64,000 nt of DNA from a virus: positions 1-64,000 of IMG/VR virus record IMGVR_UViG_3300032291_001597. One strand, given 5' to 3'. Each line of letters starts with the position of its first letter. The stretch's first letter is position 1. Positions 33,902 to 42,842 of this stretch are shown one piece after another. Position numbers and translations under genes: made by a program. Under the pieces are notes generated by a model. It was given only the letters and a program-made list of their open reading frames with translations. It made no database searches and had not been told where the DNA came from.

Positions 33902-34255
33902 GTGGGGATTATGGGAAGAAAAAAGAAAGCAACAGAACCAGTGGTGGCTAGACCAAATGCTAACTGGGAGTACATTACCGAGATGCAAATCAATGGTCGA
34001 AATGTGACTAAGGGGACCGAACTCAAAATCTCTGGCGAGCGCGGTCGCTTTGTGTTTGTCAATTACACAAAGACTGACAATGGCAAAGAGTGGCTCACGG
34101 TTTGGGGTGGACCTAAGGGTATGGAGTCTATGCGTAGTTTCTATCTAGACAAAGTCAAGACAGTCCATTCTAAGAACAAGACTGACGCCAACTTGGTCAA
34201 GGCTCTCAAAGAGCGCAAGAAGGCTGAGAAACAAGCCAATCAAGACGAGCAGTAG
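33902..34255 (+). CDS. Hypothetical basic protein (SH3-like beta fold possible)
   Basis: ORF downstream of the TTGACA promoter at 33873; start may be ATG 33911. Confidence 0.6.
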   Translation: MGIMGRKKKATEPVVARPNANWEYITEMQINGRNVTKGTELKISGERGRFVFVNYTKTDNGKEWLTVWGGPKGMESMRSFYLDKVKTVHSKNKTDANLVKALKERKKAEKQANQDEQ

Positions 34256-34390
34256 ATTCCTTTTTATAAACTTAGGTTTAGGTTTATAAGAGAAGTTCTG
34301 TCCAAAAGTGATACATTATTATACAACTTTGGTTCTGTAGCACGTTTCTGCTAGTGGTAGACTTGATAAAAATAACTAGGAGATGACTCG

Positions 34391-34633
34391 GTGGAAACTA
34401 TTGTTTACCACATTGGACCAGCGTGCGTTCAGTGCAACCAAACCAAGAAAATGATGACCAAACTCGACATTGACTTCAGAGAAGTCGACTTGCGAGAAGA
34501 GCCTGAACTGACTGAGAAGTTCAAGGCAGAAGGTCTTATGAGCGCTCCTATAGTAACTAGCGCCATCGGCACTTGGTCAGGATTCCGACTAGACCTAATT
34601 CAAGACTTGGCTGAGGCTAAGCCCAAGGGTTAG
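34391..34633 (+). CDS. nrdH: NrdH glutaredoxin-like redoxin
   Basis: CVQC active site, SAPIV, WSGFRLD; SD AGGAG. Confidence 0.9.
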   Translation: METIVYHIGPACVQCNQTKKMMTKLDIDFREVDLREEPELTEKFKAEGLMSAPIVTSAIGTWSGFRLDLIQDLAEAKPKG

Positions 34634-35144
34634 ACTTATTTAGGTGGGTAGGCTCTGGAAACGGAGTCATTGACGTAAGTGGGAATCTCCAACCTCCGAT
34701 GTAGGCGTCCTCGTATTCTGACTTCCCAATCACATCGTCTGCCATAACCCAGCCATAAATCTCCACCTCGGAGAAGAAATCCTCGTCTGGGACATAACAG
34801 CCCACGACTGCCTTACCAGCGTCCTTTTTCCAGATGGGAACTTCTCCACGGGTGCGAACGGTGCGAACCTCCATGTTGCCACCGACGTCAGGAAGGTGCT
34901 TTCTGTATCGGTGCAGGTAGTTGGAGTAGACGGGGTAATTAAGGGAGGTGTTTGTCGCTTTGGCGACAGCCATCTCTGCAATGATGGTTCTAGTGTTTGA
35001 GATTAGGTCGTGCTGTAAAGAGCCGTTCTTCTTGCCTTCGGCATAGTTGGGGCGGTCTTCGCTACCAAACTTCTCTAGCCAAAGTTCAGTCGCCATGTTA
35101 GCGCAACGGCGGATTTCATCTTTTGTCATTTGAACTATAAACAT
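34617..35144 (-). CDS. Hypothetical phage protein (possible PD-(D/E)xK-like fold)
   Basis: AEMAVAK...PDVG..MEVR...VEIYGW pattern. Confidence 0.55.
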   Translation of the reverse strand: MFIVQMTKDEIRRCANMATELWLEKFGSEDRPNYAEGKKNGSLQHDLISNTRTIIAEMAVAKATNTSLNYPVYSNYLHRYRKHLPDVGGNMEVRTVRTRGEVPIWKKDAGKAVVGCYVPDEDFFSEVEIYGWVMADDVIGKSEYEDAYIGGWRFPLTSMTPFPEPTHLNKSNPWA

Positions 35145-35188
35145 AGAGCCATCTTACAACGTCGACGTCCAGAAGGTAAGATAAGTGT

Positions 35189-35749
35189 ATGTCGCAGAAA
35201 GAACACGAGCCATTCAACTTTAAAAAGTCTGGCTTTTTTGAGGTAGATGGTATAAAAGAACTGGTGGGTAAGTTCAAAGACGAATGGCTAATCGATACTT
35301 CGCGTCAAGAAACTTATGCTGTTCATCAAGACACCGAGTCCTACTTTCTCTATCAGACTGACCTTACTTGGGAGTCTGGTGAGCCTTTTATAGTAACTAA
35401 ACACGACATTGACCCTGAGTTAGAAGACTTGGTAGAGCCGATAATTAGTGAATTAGAGGGACTCCACGACGGTCAGCGCGGGAATGTGTTACTTATCAAG
35501 TTGAAGGCTGGGCGTTCTATAGCCAGCCACCGAGATGGCGGTGAGTATTTAGACTCGGCTAGAAGACATCACATAGCAATTATTACTTCTGACGAGACCA
35601 AGTTTGGTGTGGGCGACGAAGAAATCTCTATGACCGAAGGCGTCTGCTGGGAGATAAACAACTCTCGCGTCCACTATGTAATAAACGATTCTGACACTGA
35701 CAGAGTTCACCTACTTGTGGACATAATGCCAAATTCAAAAACAAAATAG
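35189..35749 (+). CDS. Aspartyl/asparaginyl beta-hydroxylase-like 2OG-Fe(II) oxygenase
   Basis: IASHRD, RHHIAI, WEINNSRVHYVIN, RVHLLVD. Confidence 0.8.
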   Translation: MSQKEHEPFNFKKSGFFEVDGIKELVGKFKDEWLIDTSRQETYAVHQDTESYFLYQTDLTWESGEPFIVTKHDIDPELEDLVEPIISELEGLHDGQRGNVLLIKLKAGRSIASHRDGGEYLDSARRHHIAIITSDETKFGVGDEEISMTEGVCWEINNSRVHYVINDSDTDRVHLLVDIMPNSKTK

Positions 35750-35773
35750 TCGACGTCCATAAGAAAGGAAGAA

Positions 35774-35974
35774 ATGACTGGAAACAAACTAGCAATCTAC
35801 AAAAGCCTAAGTTGGCACGTAGTTCACATCTTTATGTTGACAGTGACCGTTTTTCTGTTTACTGGTAGGCTAGACATTGTGGCTGGAATCGTATCTGTCC
35901 ACGTAATCTCTGAGACGGTGATTTACTACCTACACGAACGGGTTTGGCAAAAGACAAATCGAAAGAAGGACTAA
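35774..35974 (+). CDS. DUF2061-family membrane protein
   Basis: KSLSWH...YYLHERVW; SD AAAGGA. Confidence 0.75.
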   Translation: MTGNKLAIYKSLSWHVVHIFMLTVTVFLFTGRLDIVAGIVSVHVISETVIYYLHERVWQKTNRKKD

Positions 35975-35977
35975 GAG

Positions 35978-36151
35978 TTGATAAAAGTTAGCGGGAAAGA
36001 ACTTTTAGTAATTTCAGCAATCGTAGTCTCAATGCTTGGCTCTTTGGCTTATGGGTTCTTTGCCTTAGGCGTAGGCAAGATGCCTGATAACTGTTGGGAC
36101 AAATACTCCACAGAGCAGGAAGCAATTATCAACTGTGAGGGTGAGCAGTAG
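35978..36151 (+). CDS. Small membrane protein, 57 aa (not in ORF track)
   Basis: TTG start after AAGGA; TM segment, then CWDKYSTEQEAIINCE. Confidence 0.55.
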   Translation: MIKVSGKELLVISAIVVSMLGSLAYGFFALGVGKMPDNCWDKYSTEQEAIINCEGEQ

Positions 36152-36258
36152 TGGCTAAAAGAATTGGTTACCCCTGTCGTAAACATCGCATAAGATTTCG
36201 CGGAAGTTATTGCCCTAAATGCTACAAAGAAAGAAGAGACCTAGAAAGGTCCCGCTAG
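36151..36258 (+). CDS. Small zinc-finger-like protein, 35 aa (not in ORF track)
   Basis: Coupled TAGTG start; CRKH...CPKC. Confidence 0.5.
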   Translation: MAKRIGYPCRKHRIRFRGSYCPKCYKERRDLERSR

Positions 36259-36280
36259 TTTTAATATCAATTCGTGAAGG

Positions 36281-36928
36281 ATGAAAGTAAAAATGAGTGA
36301 GTATCCAAAAATCATAAGCAACTTCATTTCTGATGAAGAGATAGCAAGAATAGAGTCTTTCTTGGACTCTCTGGCTAAACCTGCTCCTCATATGGATAGC
36401 CTGAGGGTTTGCTTGGGCTACCAGAACTCAAAGATTGCTTCAAAGATTGGGTATGAGCATCCTGTCTTGAATGGTTATCAGTCTGGCGAACATTCTGAAA
36501 CTGTCAAAGACATTGGAGACGTTCTTCTTAGAACTAAGTCAGTATTAGAAGAAGAGTTCGGTCAAGAGATGGATACCGTGAATTTTCTTTACCAGCAACT
36601 GCTGGAGGGTGGATTCAACCAACTTCACTCCGATAGCACCAAACTTGATGGCACCCCGCTTAGCGATGATGGAACTCCAGAAGAGACTGAGTGGTCCGCT
36701 TTACTATACCTAACCTCTGGTGGTGGCGAAGACTTTGAAGGTGGAGAACTGATTTTCCCTAAGCAAGGACTTACCTACGTTCCAGTCAAAGGTGACTTAG
36801 TGTTTTTTATTGGAGACGTTCACCACCCGCACAGGGTTGCCAAAGTCACTAGCGGAGTTAGAAGCACTCTTGTTTCTTTCTTTGCTAGAAAAGGAAACAT
36901 CTCTGAAGTAATCGCATTTCACGATTAG
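36281..36928 (+). CDS. 2OG-Fe(II) oxygenase
   Basis: HSD, DFEGGEL, HRVAKVTSGVR. Confidence 0.85.
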   Translation: MKVKMSEYPKIISNFISDEEIARIESFLDSLAKPAPHMDSLRVCLGYQNSKIASKIGYEHPVLNGYQSGEHSETVKDIGDVLLRTKSVLEEEFGQEMDTVNFLYQQLLEGGFNQLHSDSTKLDGTPLSDDGTPEETEWSALLYLTSGGGEDFEGGELIFPKQGLTYVPVKGDLVFFIGDVHHPHRVAKVTSGVRSTLVSFFARKGNISEVIAFHD

Positions 36929-36933
36929 TAAAA

Positions 36934-37006
36934 CCCCGCGTAACTCAGTGGATAGAGTGAGACCCTTCTAATGTCTAAGTCGCAAGTTCGATTCTTGCCG
37001 CGGGGA
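36934..37006 (+). tRNA. tRNA-Arg(TCT)
   Basis: Acceptor CCCCGCG/CGCGGGG, D arm ACTC/GAGT, loop CTTCTAA, T arm GCAAG-TTCGATT-CTTGC; C31.U39 mismatch; no CCA. Confidence 0.9.
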
Positions 37007-37021
37007 CTATAGAATAAAGCA

Positions 37022-38320
37022 ATGAGCAAATACATGAAGACGGAGCAGGCGGTTGTGTATCACGGCAACTGTCTAGATGAACTAAAAAACATCCCCGACA
37101 ATTACGTAGATGCCATCGTCACCGACCCTCCTTATGGTCTTGGTGACTCCGACCCTGCCTACATCCTTGACGCTTTGAAGATGTGGATGGATGGTGACCG
37201 CTCGCACATTCCTGCTGGTAAGGGCTTTATGGGAAAGCAGTGGGACGCTTTCGTTCCACCGCCTGCTGTATGGGACGAGTGCTTTAGAGTGCTAAAGCCG
37301 GGTGGATACATTCTAGTTTTTGCGGGAACTCGAACCGTGGACCTTATGGGTCTTTCAGTTCGTATGGCTGGGTTTGAGATTCGTGACTCGCTTACTTGGA
37401 TTTATTCGCAAGGCTTTCCTAAATCGCTCGACGTCCAGAAGGCAATAGAAAAGATAGACGCGTCTGAAGCCAGCAATTGGGCTGGTTGGGGCACTGCTCT
37501 AAAGCCAGCATCTGAGCCAATTGTCATGGCGCGAAAGCCTCTAAGCGAAAAAACCGTAGCAAAGAACGTGTTGGAGTGGGGTACTGGTGGAATCAACATC
37601 GACGGTATTCGCATCGGTGTAGCAGAAGGCGATGAGCCAGTCGCTGGACATCGCACCGCGACATTCGGCACGCAAGAGACTTTCTCTGGCGGAGACGGCT
37701 CTGGAGATTGGGCTTGGTCAGGTAAAGGTCGCTTTCCATCAAACGTAATGTTTAGCCACGACGAAGAGTGTGTTCAAGTAGGAGTTGCTCAAGACTCTTA
37801 CGTAATAAACAGAACTGAAGAGTGGACGGGCTTTGGGCAGAAAGAGCGCCCAGACTACGAAAGCGAATCGCAAACTGTCGACGTCCCTATTTATGAGTGT
37901 GTAGAAGGATGCCCCGTAAAAGAACTTGGAGACGTTAGTCGCTTTTTCTATGTTGCCAAGGCAAACAAGAAAGACCGCAACGAAGGTCTAGATGGGTTTG
38001 CTGAAAAGGGTAAAGTCTTCAACGGAAAGTCTGGGGCAAGTGCTGGCAATGCGCCGGGTTCGGTGGAAGACAAGTTCACTACGGCTCCGCAAAAGAACTT
38101 CCACCCGACCGTGAAGCCGACGTCCCTAATGAGACAATTAGTAAAGATGGTCGCACCTGAAGGGGCGATTGTTCTAGACCCGTTTGCTGGGTCTGGCTCT
38201 ACTGGCAAGGCCACGATTCTTGAGGGTCGCAGATTCATTGGAATTGAGATGACAGACGAGTATCTGCCAATCATTCAAGGTAGACTCGAACACGCAATCA
38301 GAGAAAGAAAAGAAAAATGA
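37022..38320 (+). CDS. Beta-class N6-adenine/N4-cytosine DNA methyltransferase
   Basis: TDPPY catalytic motif precedes HPTVKP and LDPFAGSGST SAM-binding motif. Confidence 0.92.
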   Translation: MSKYMKTEQAVVYHGNCLDELKNIPDNYVDAIVTDPPYGLGDSDPAYILDALKMWMDGDRSHIPAGKGFMGKQWDAFVPPPAVWDECFRVLKPGGYILVFAGTRTVDLMGLSVRMAGFEIRDSLTWIYSQGFPKSLDVQKAIEKIDASEASNWAGWGTALKPASEPIVMARKPLSEKTVAKNVLEWGTGGINIDGIRIGVAEGDEPVAGHRTATFGTQETFSGGDGSGDWAWSGKGRFPSNVMFSHDEECVQVGVAQDSYVINRTEEWTGFGQKERPDYESESQTVDVPIYECVEGCPVKELGDVSRFFYVAKANKKDRNEGLDGFAEKGKVFNGKSGASAGNAPGSVEDKFTTAPQKNFHPTVKPTSLMRQLVKMVAPEGAIVLDPFAGSGSTGKATILEGRRFIGIEMTDEYLPIIQGRLEHAIRERKEK

Positions 38321-38766
38321 TGATAGTTAGTTACTACGCTGACGACCAAAATCGTATGCCAGCCTATGGCACTAGTGAATCTGCTGGCGCAGACGTAAAG
38401 GCTTCAGAGAGCGTGATGATTCGAGCAGGCGAACGTAAGTTAGTAAAGACTGGTCTGAAACTAGTTATGCCAAAAGGTGTGGTTGGGCTAATTCATCCTC
38501 GCTCTGGACTAGCACTGAGAAACGGAATCACCGTGCTAAACGCGCCTGGAACTATCGACTCGGATTATCGCGGAGAAATTGGCGTAATTCTTTACAACTC
38601 TTCTACAGAAGATTATGTAGTTGAGCAGGGGGACCGCATCGCGCAAATTGTTTTCCAAAGATACATCGGCGTTCAATTCGAATACGGTGGCGTCGACATC
38701 CCTATGGAAGACGAAACCGAACGAGGCGAAGGTGGATTTGGGTCAACTGGAGTTGGTGAAGAGTAG
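38317..38766 (+). CDS. dut: Trimeric dUTPase
   Basis: AGAD, PRSGLA, GTIDSDYRGEI, RIAQ, RGEGGFGSTG. Confidence 0.95.
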   Translation: MMIVSYYADDQNRMPAYGTSESAGADVKASESVMIRAGERKLVKTGLKLVMPKGVVGLIHPRSGLALRNGITVLNAPGTIDSDYRGEIGVILYNSSTEDYVVEQGDRIAQIVFQRYIGVQFEYGGVDIPMEDETERGEGGFGSTGVGEE

Positions 38767-39083
38767 TGATTCCAGATATTGACTTTACTTTGCGTGACGC
38801 AAAAATTGAGGCCGTTGCTTTTGATGAGCGCGATGAAGTGGTTGTAGACAAAATTGGTAAAGCAGTTCGGCAGGCGGTGAAAGCCAGAGAAGATGTACAG
38901 AACGCTTTGGCTGAAGCAATTGATAGTTCGTCGACGTTCGGTTATGAATTAGGTGTAATAGACGAGCGCCACAGAATACTGGACCTTATGCGACCAGCGC
39001 TTTGTGATGAAGAAAACTGCGAAAAAGAAGTTTGTAAGCAATACTTGTCCGTATACAGAAAGGTAGAAAGTGGCAAAGAGTAA
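38766..39083 (+). CDS. Hypothetical protein
   Basis: Coupled ORF in operon. Confidence 0.55.
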   Translation: MIPDIDFTLRDAKIEAVAFDERDEVVVDKIGKAVRQAVKAREDVQNALAEAIDSSSTFGYELGVIDERHRILDLMRPALCDEENCEKEVCKQYLSVYRKVESGKE

Positions 39084-39201
39084 AGGTGGAGGCGCTCCGC
39101 AGAAGAAGACAGGCGACAACTCGGACCGTAAGAACGGTAAAGCGAGCAAGAAGCGCCCTAAGATTTTCGACGCAATCAAGCGTCGCCTTGTATCTAAGTA
39201 G
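39070..39201 (+). CDS. Small very basic protein, 43 aa (not in ORF track)
   Basis: GTG start after AAGG; MAKSKGGGAPQKK...KRRLVSK. Confidence 0.5.
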   Translation: MAKSKGGGAPQKKTGDNSDRKNGKASKKRPKIFDAIKRRLVSK

Positions 39202-39207
39202 TCTCAA

Positions 39208-39465
39208 TTGAGTGAGATAGTCGACGACCCTAACCCTGAAATCAAAGATGCTACGCATCGAATGTCTGTAGACATAGATGAAGCCACGAAACTGATAGTA
39301 AAACTATTCATTCAAGAAGGCATCATTCAAGAACGAGAACGTATCGCAACTTGGATAAAGGCGCACAGGACCGAAGTAACTAACGGAGTATTCAGAGACC
39401 ACTTCAATTCCGAGTATCTACTAAACAATGTAATTCCTTTACCTGAGGTGGAGAGCGAAGACTAA
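39208..39465 (+). CDS. Hypothetical protein
   Basis: ORF in operon; GIIQERERI motif common in phage proteins. Confidence 0.55.
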   Translation: MSEIVDDPNPEIKDATHRMSVDIDEATKLIVKLFIQEGIIQERERIATWIKAHRTEVTNGVFRDHFNSEYLLNNVIPLPEVESED

Positions 39466-39914
39466 TGGGAGATTTTGTAAGTGACAACAGAAAACTATTT
39501 CACTTAGAGATAATCGACACCGACGGCGACCGCTTCGTCGAATGGGAATGGGCAAACTCTAAAGAAGAAATCTTAGGGCGTGACGAAATGGGATATGACA
39601 TTGCTCACATTGAAGTAAGAATCGCTACTGACGATGAATTGGACGCTTGGCTAGAAGGACATAGCGAGGCGATGATGGTCAGTATGGCTGAAGAAAGATT
39701 GGCTAATTGGAACGGTGTCGCCTACAAGGTCGAGTCATTTGTACCAATGGTCACTAAAGAAGTCTTTACTTGTGGCGTCTGCGAGAAGTCATTAGAAATA
39801 GAAACTAAGGCTGCTACCCTCGGCAACTTCTATCTAAGCGTTAGAACTCCAAAAGACAATCAAGCAAACAAAACCATTCTTTGGCACGTTTGTATTGACT
39901 GCTCTATCGAATAG
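39465..39914 (+). CDS. Hypothetical protein with C-terminal zinc finger
   Basis: CGVC...CIDC. Confidence 0.6.
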   Translation: MGDFVSDNRKLFHLEIIDTDGDRFVEWEWANSKEEILGRDEMGYDIAHIEVRIATDDELDAWLEGHSEAMMVSMAEERLANWNGVAYKVESFVPMVTKEVFTCGVCEKSLEIETKAATLGNFYLSVRTPKDNQANKTILWHVCIDCSIE

Positions 39915-39922
39915 GAAAACAA

Positions 39923-40816
39923 TTGAAGATTTACATCGCTGGACCAATGACTGGCTACGACCAGTGGAACTTTCCTGCTTTCTTTAAGTTAGAAGAGTCG
40001 TTACTTAAACTTGGCTATCGAGTCGTTAATCCAGCGCACAATGACGGACCAACTTTAGAGTTAGCACTAGAGTCCGCGGGTGAGCCAGAGAGACCAAACA
40101 ATAGTTGGAACTGGTATATGAAACGCGACTTGCCACACTTACTTGAGTGTGATGCTATTTGTGTTCTACCTAACTGGCAAAAATCAAAGGGCGCTTCTCT
40201 GGAGGTCCAAGTTGCCACCGCGATTGGTGTTCCAGTTTATGTATTAGAAAATGACAAACTAGTTCCTCGCGTCAGAGCGTTAGGCATAAGCGGGTGGGCT
40301 AGGTCTGGCAAAGATTCGGTTGCCGAATACTTGATAGAGAATAACGGCTATGGAAAAGCATCTTTTGCCCAAGCCATAAAAGATGCTCTAATTATTCTGA
40401 ACCCTGTAATCGACGTACACGAAACCCGCGTTGCGCTAAGTTCGTCCCTTGGGCACCTCGACTGGGATTACCTAAAAAGCGCCAGCACCGAAATTCGACC
40501 CCTACTACAACGATTCGGAACCGAGGTTGGAAGGGAGATGTTCGGGGACGACTTCTGGGTTGACTATGCAATAAAACACGTTCCAGACGGTTCTAAAGTC
40601 GTTTTCTCCGACGTCCGATACCCGAACGAGGCTGATGCGATTAGGAAACTAGGCGGTCAAATCTGGCGTGTAGAGCGGGAGGGATACGGACCAGCCAATG
40701 ACCACGCATCTGAGCACGCCTTGAACGGATACAACTTTGACCAGAGAATCTATAATGATAAAGACCTAGAAAGTCTCTGGGACAAAGTTGGAGTGCTCTG
40801 CCGTGAACTGCCCTAA
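39923..40816 (+). CDS. DUF4406 (nucleoside deoxyribosyltransferase-like) domain fused to a deoxynucleoside-monophosphate kinase
   Basis: KIYIAGPMTG...NP...CDAI.VLPNWQKSKGASLE; then GWARSGKD, FAQAIK, RPLLQRFGTE, SDVRYPNE, HASE. Confidence 0.85.
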   Translation: MKIYIAGPMTGYDQWNFPAFFKLEESLLKLGYRVVNPAHNDGPTLELALESAGEPERPNNSWNWYMKRDLPHLLECDAICVLPNWQKSKGASLEVQVATAIGVPVYVLENDKLVPRVRALGISGWARSGKDSVAEYLIENNGYGKASFAQAIKDALIILNPVIDVHETRVALSSSLGHLDWDYLKSASTEIRPLLQRFGTEVGREMFGDDFWVDYAIKHVPDGSKVVFSDVRYPNEADAIRKLGGQIWRVEREGYGPANDHASEHALNGYNFDQRIYNDKDLESLWDKVGVLCRELP

Positions 40817-41153
40817 AAGTGTGAAAATTGGCACCCACGTCTTTGACATAGTTGAAAGACTAAAAGAAGAAGACGGGATGCTAAATGATTCCACTTTGGG
40901 CTACACCCTTGAAGCAAAAACTCTTATAGTAATCGACAAAGGATTGTCGGACAGTAAAAAGCGCCAGACGTTACTTCACGAAATTATGCACGCTTGCGTT
41001 TATGTATTTGATACCAGCGTCAAGCCTAAGAAGACCGACGAGTTCGACATTTGGGAACATTATTTCATTGGGATTTGGGAAGAGCCACTACTAATGGTGA
41101 TGCAAGATAATCCAAAATTAATAGAATTTTTATTGGCAAAAACTTCAAAATAG
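40803..41153 (+). CDS. HExxH zinc-metallopeptidase-like protein
   Basis: QTLLHEIMHA; start GTG 40803 or TTG 40788. Confidence 0.7.
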   Translation: MNCPKSVKIGTHVFDIVERLKEEDGMLNDSTLGYTLEAKTLIVIDKGLSDSKKRQTLLHEIMHACVYVFDTSVKPKKTDEFDIWEHYFIGIWEEPLLMVMQDNPKLIEFLLAKTSK

Positions 41154-41275
41154 TTTGCAATTTTTATCAATCGTGATAATCTAGACAAGCAGTCAAAGGT
41201 CTCTCGAGTTGCCTGAGATTGTGTTTGTGTTGTTGTACATAGTTATTCATCTCCTTTCAATCAATTGGGTAACGG

Positions 41276-41308
41276 AAAAGCCTCCACGAAAGTGGGGGCT
41301 TTTCTTTT
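41276..41308 (+). terminator. Intrinsic terminator
   Basis: AAAAGCCTCCAC-GAAA-GTGGGGGCTTTT then CTTTT; the U.G pair favours the + strand. Confidence 0.85.
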
Positions 41309-41340
41309 ATCGGTTTCTGGAGATAATTTATAATAGACGT

Positions 41341-41559
41341 ATGGGTGACGCTTTCGATTCTCAAGACATCAATATGGGCTTGCTAGGCAAGCACGTCACT
41401 TTACATTCCCCGTATTTTCCATCAAGTCAGCCACGCGTTGAGGGTGAAGTTACTTATATCGAGCAGGCTAAAGTTCCAGTCAAGATTGTTGTTAGACAAG
41501 ACAACGACAGAATGATTATGGTGAACGTGGCTCAGTATCGAGTGAAAGAAATCGATTAG
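41341..41559 (+). CDS. Hypothetical protein
   Basis: ATG 10 nt after a TATAAT; the longer 41209 ORF would cross the terminator. Confidence 0.5.
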   Translation: MGDAFDSQDINMGLLGKHVTLHSPYFPSSQPRVEGEVTYIEQAKVPVKIVVRQDNDRMIMVNVAQYRVKEID

Positions 41560-42842
41560 ACGATTGGTCCGCCAGCAGCCCAAGCATTACAAGTTCTTGA
41601 GGCAGCGCACTTGAAGTCAAGGGCCTCACAAAAGCCCAACTCTGCTTGGTCAATAGCATCCCAAGCGTTCTTCTCGCCCGAGGCTCCCTGCTCGATTCCC
41701 TTAGAGATGCAGTCGAGCATTTCTGGAGTGCGAACAAAGAACACGCAGTTTCCGCAGATGCTCTTGCTTGCCTCGACTGGAGTGGTGTCCCAGCGGTCAG
41801 CCTTCTCTTGCCAAAACTCTGTGTTTGGTTCGTCTGGGTTTAGTGGCCCGTAACCAACATTGTCGATAGCGTTCTGTCTGTTCTCGATATTGAGAACGAT
41901 GTCCTGAGTTGCTGGTGGACAAGAGTTGTCATCCAAAGCAAAAACCATCGACGCCAGTAAGGGAGACATAGTAGATGCCTCTGAGTGTCTTGGGTGCATC
42001 TTAGGTAGCAAGTCATTGTCCTGAACGTACTTAGAGTTGTTAGGTTTGCCTGAGCGAACCAACTTTAGGAAAGCGTTGACTCGAGCCATTGCCCACGAGT
42101 TACGGTTCTGGTCTGGACGGTGAGAAGTTGAGAACGCGCCTGCGCCGCGACGGTAGACAGCCTTGAGTTTTGCTAGAGTGACCTTGCGACCATTCTTTGC
42201 TTTCTCGTTGTGTTCGGCAACTTTCTTCTCTAGAGACTTAGTGATGGCTGCGGTAAAAGTTACACCCTTGCCATCCGAAGCAGAGCCTTTTTTGTTCTTA
42301 TCTGAGCCTTTGATTTGGTCTTTCTTAGGTGCTGGCTTAGAGCCAGCGGTGGCAGTTACAGACGCTTCGTTATCTGGTACGCAGTTGGGGACCATCTTTC
42401 CATCTTTCTTTTTCATACCAACTTGCTTGTAGCCATCCCAGCAGGGACCCTTGTTAGAAAACTCCATGTCTTCAGGATTAATTGCTATTGGCTTAGGCAT
42501 AAGTGGGTCTTGCTTTGAGTCAACGGTTACTAGAATTTTGTGCTCTCCAGCGCTTTTTCCTTCTGGCGACTTGCTTGGGTCAACAGCCCCTTCTGGTAGA
42601 ACTGCAAAACGGCAATAGCCGTCTGGGTGAACAGCATAAGCAATAATCGCGCACTCTTGACCTCCGCGGTATAGGACACAGTTGCCACACTTGACGCCCA
42701 TCTCGGCGTAGGGGTTATCTTCTGGTTCGTGATAGTCAGCCCAGATGCCTGTCTGGTCTTCGTTAAACTTGCCGTACTTGTCGGCAATAGTAATTAGCGC
42801 TTCGGCTAATTCTTTTTCTTCAGGAACCAGATTGTCAGCCAT
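41556..42842 (-). CDS. Mosaic multi-domain protein (Cys-rich mini-domains plus DUF5824-like domain)
   Basis: CGNC...C...DGYC; PCWDGYKQVGMK...VPNCVP; LKAVYRRGAGAFSTSHRP...WAMARVNAF; CPPATQD...YGPLNP...CGNC...C...FKCAASRTC. Confidence 0.6.
   Translation of the reverse strand: MADNLVPEEKELAEALITIADKYGKFNEDQTGIWADYHEPEDNPYAEMGVKCGNCVLYRGGQECAIIAYAVHPDGYCRFAVLPEGAVDPSKSPEGKSAGEHKILVTVDSKQDPLMPKPIAINPEDMEFSNKGPCWDGYKQVGMKKKDGKMVPNCVPDNEASVTATAGSKPAPKKDQIKGSDKNKKGSASDGKGVTFTAAITKSLEKKVAEHNEKAKNGRKVTLAKLKAVYRRGAGAFSTSHRPDQNRNSWAMARVNAFLKLVRSGKPNNSKYVQDNDLLPKMHPRHSEASTMSPLLASMVFALDDNSCPPATQDIVLNIENRQNAIDNVGYGPLNPDEPNTEFWQEKADRWDTTPVEASKSICGNCVFFVRTPEMLDCISKGIEQGASGEKNAWDAIDQAELGFCEALDFKCAASRTCNAWAAGGPIV

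Noticed and set aside
35159-37890. Recurrent GTCGACGTCC (35161, 35749, about 37877)
   Set aside because: Only three exact copies, one inside a CDS, with no consistent position; significance cannot be established by eye
41209-41340. N-terminal extension of the 41209-41559 ORF
   Set aside because: It runs through a strong terminator; the downstream ATG at 41341 has its own -10
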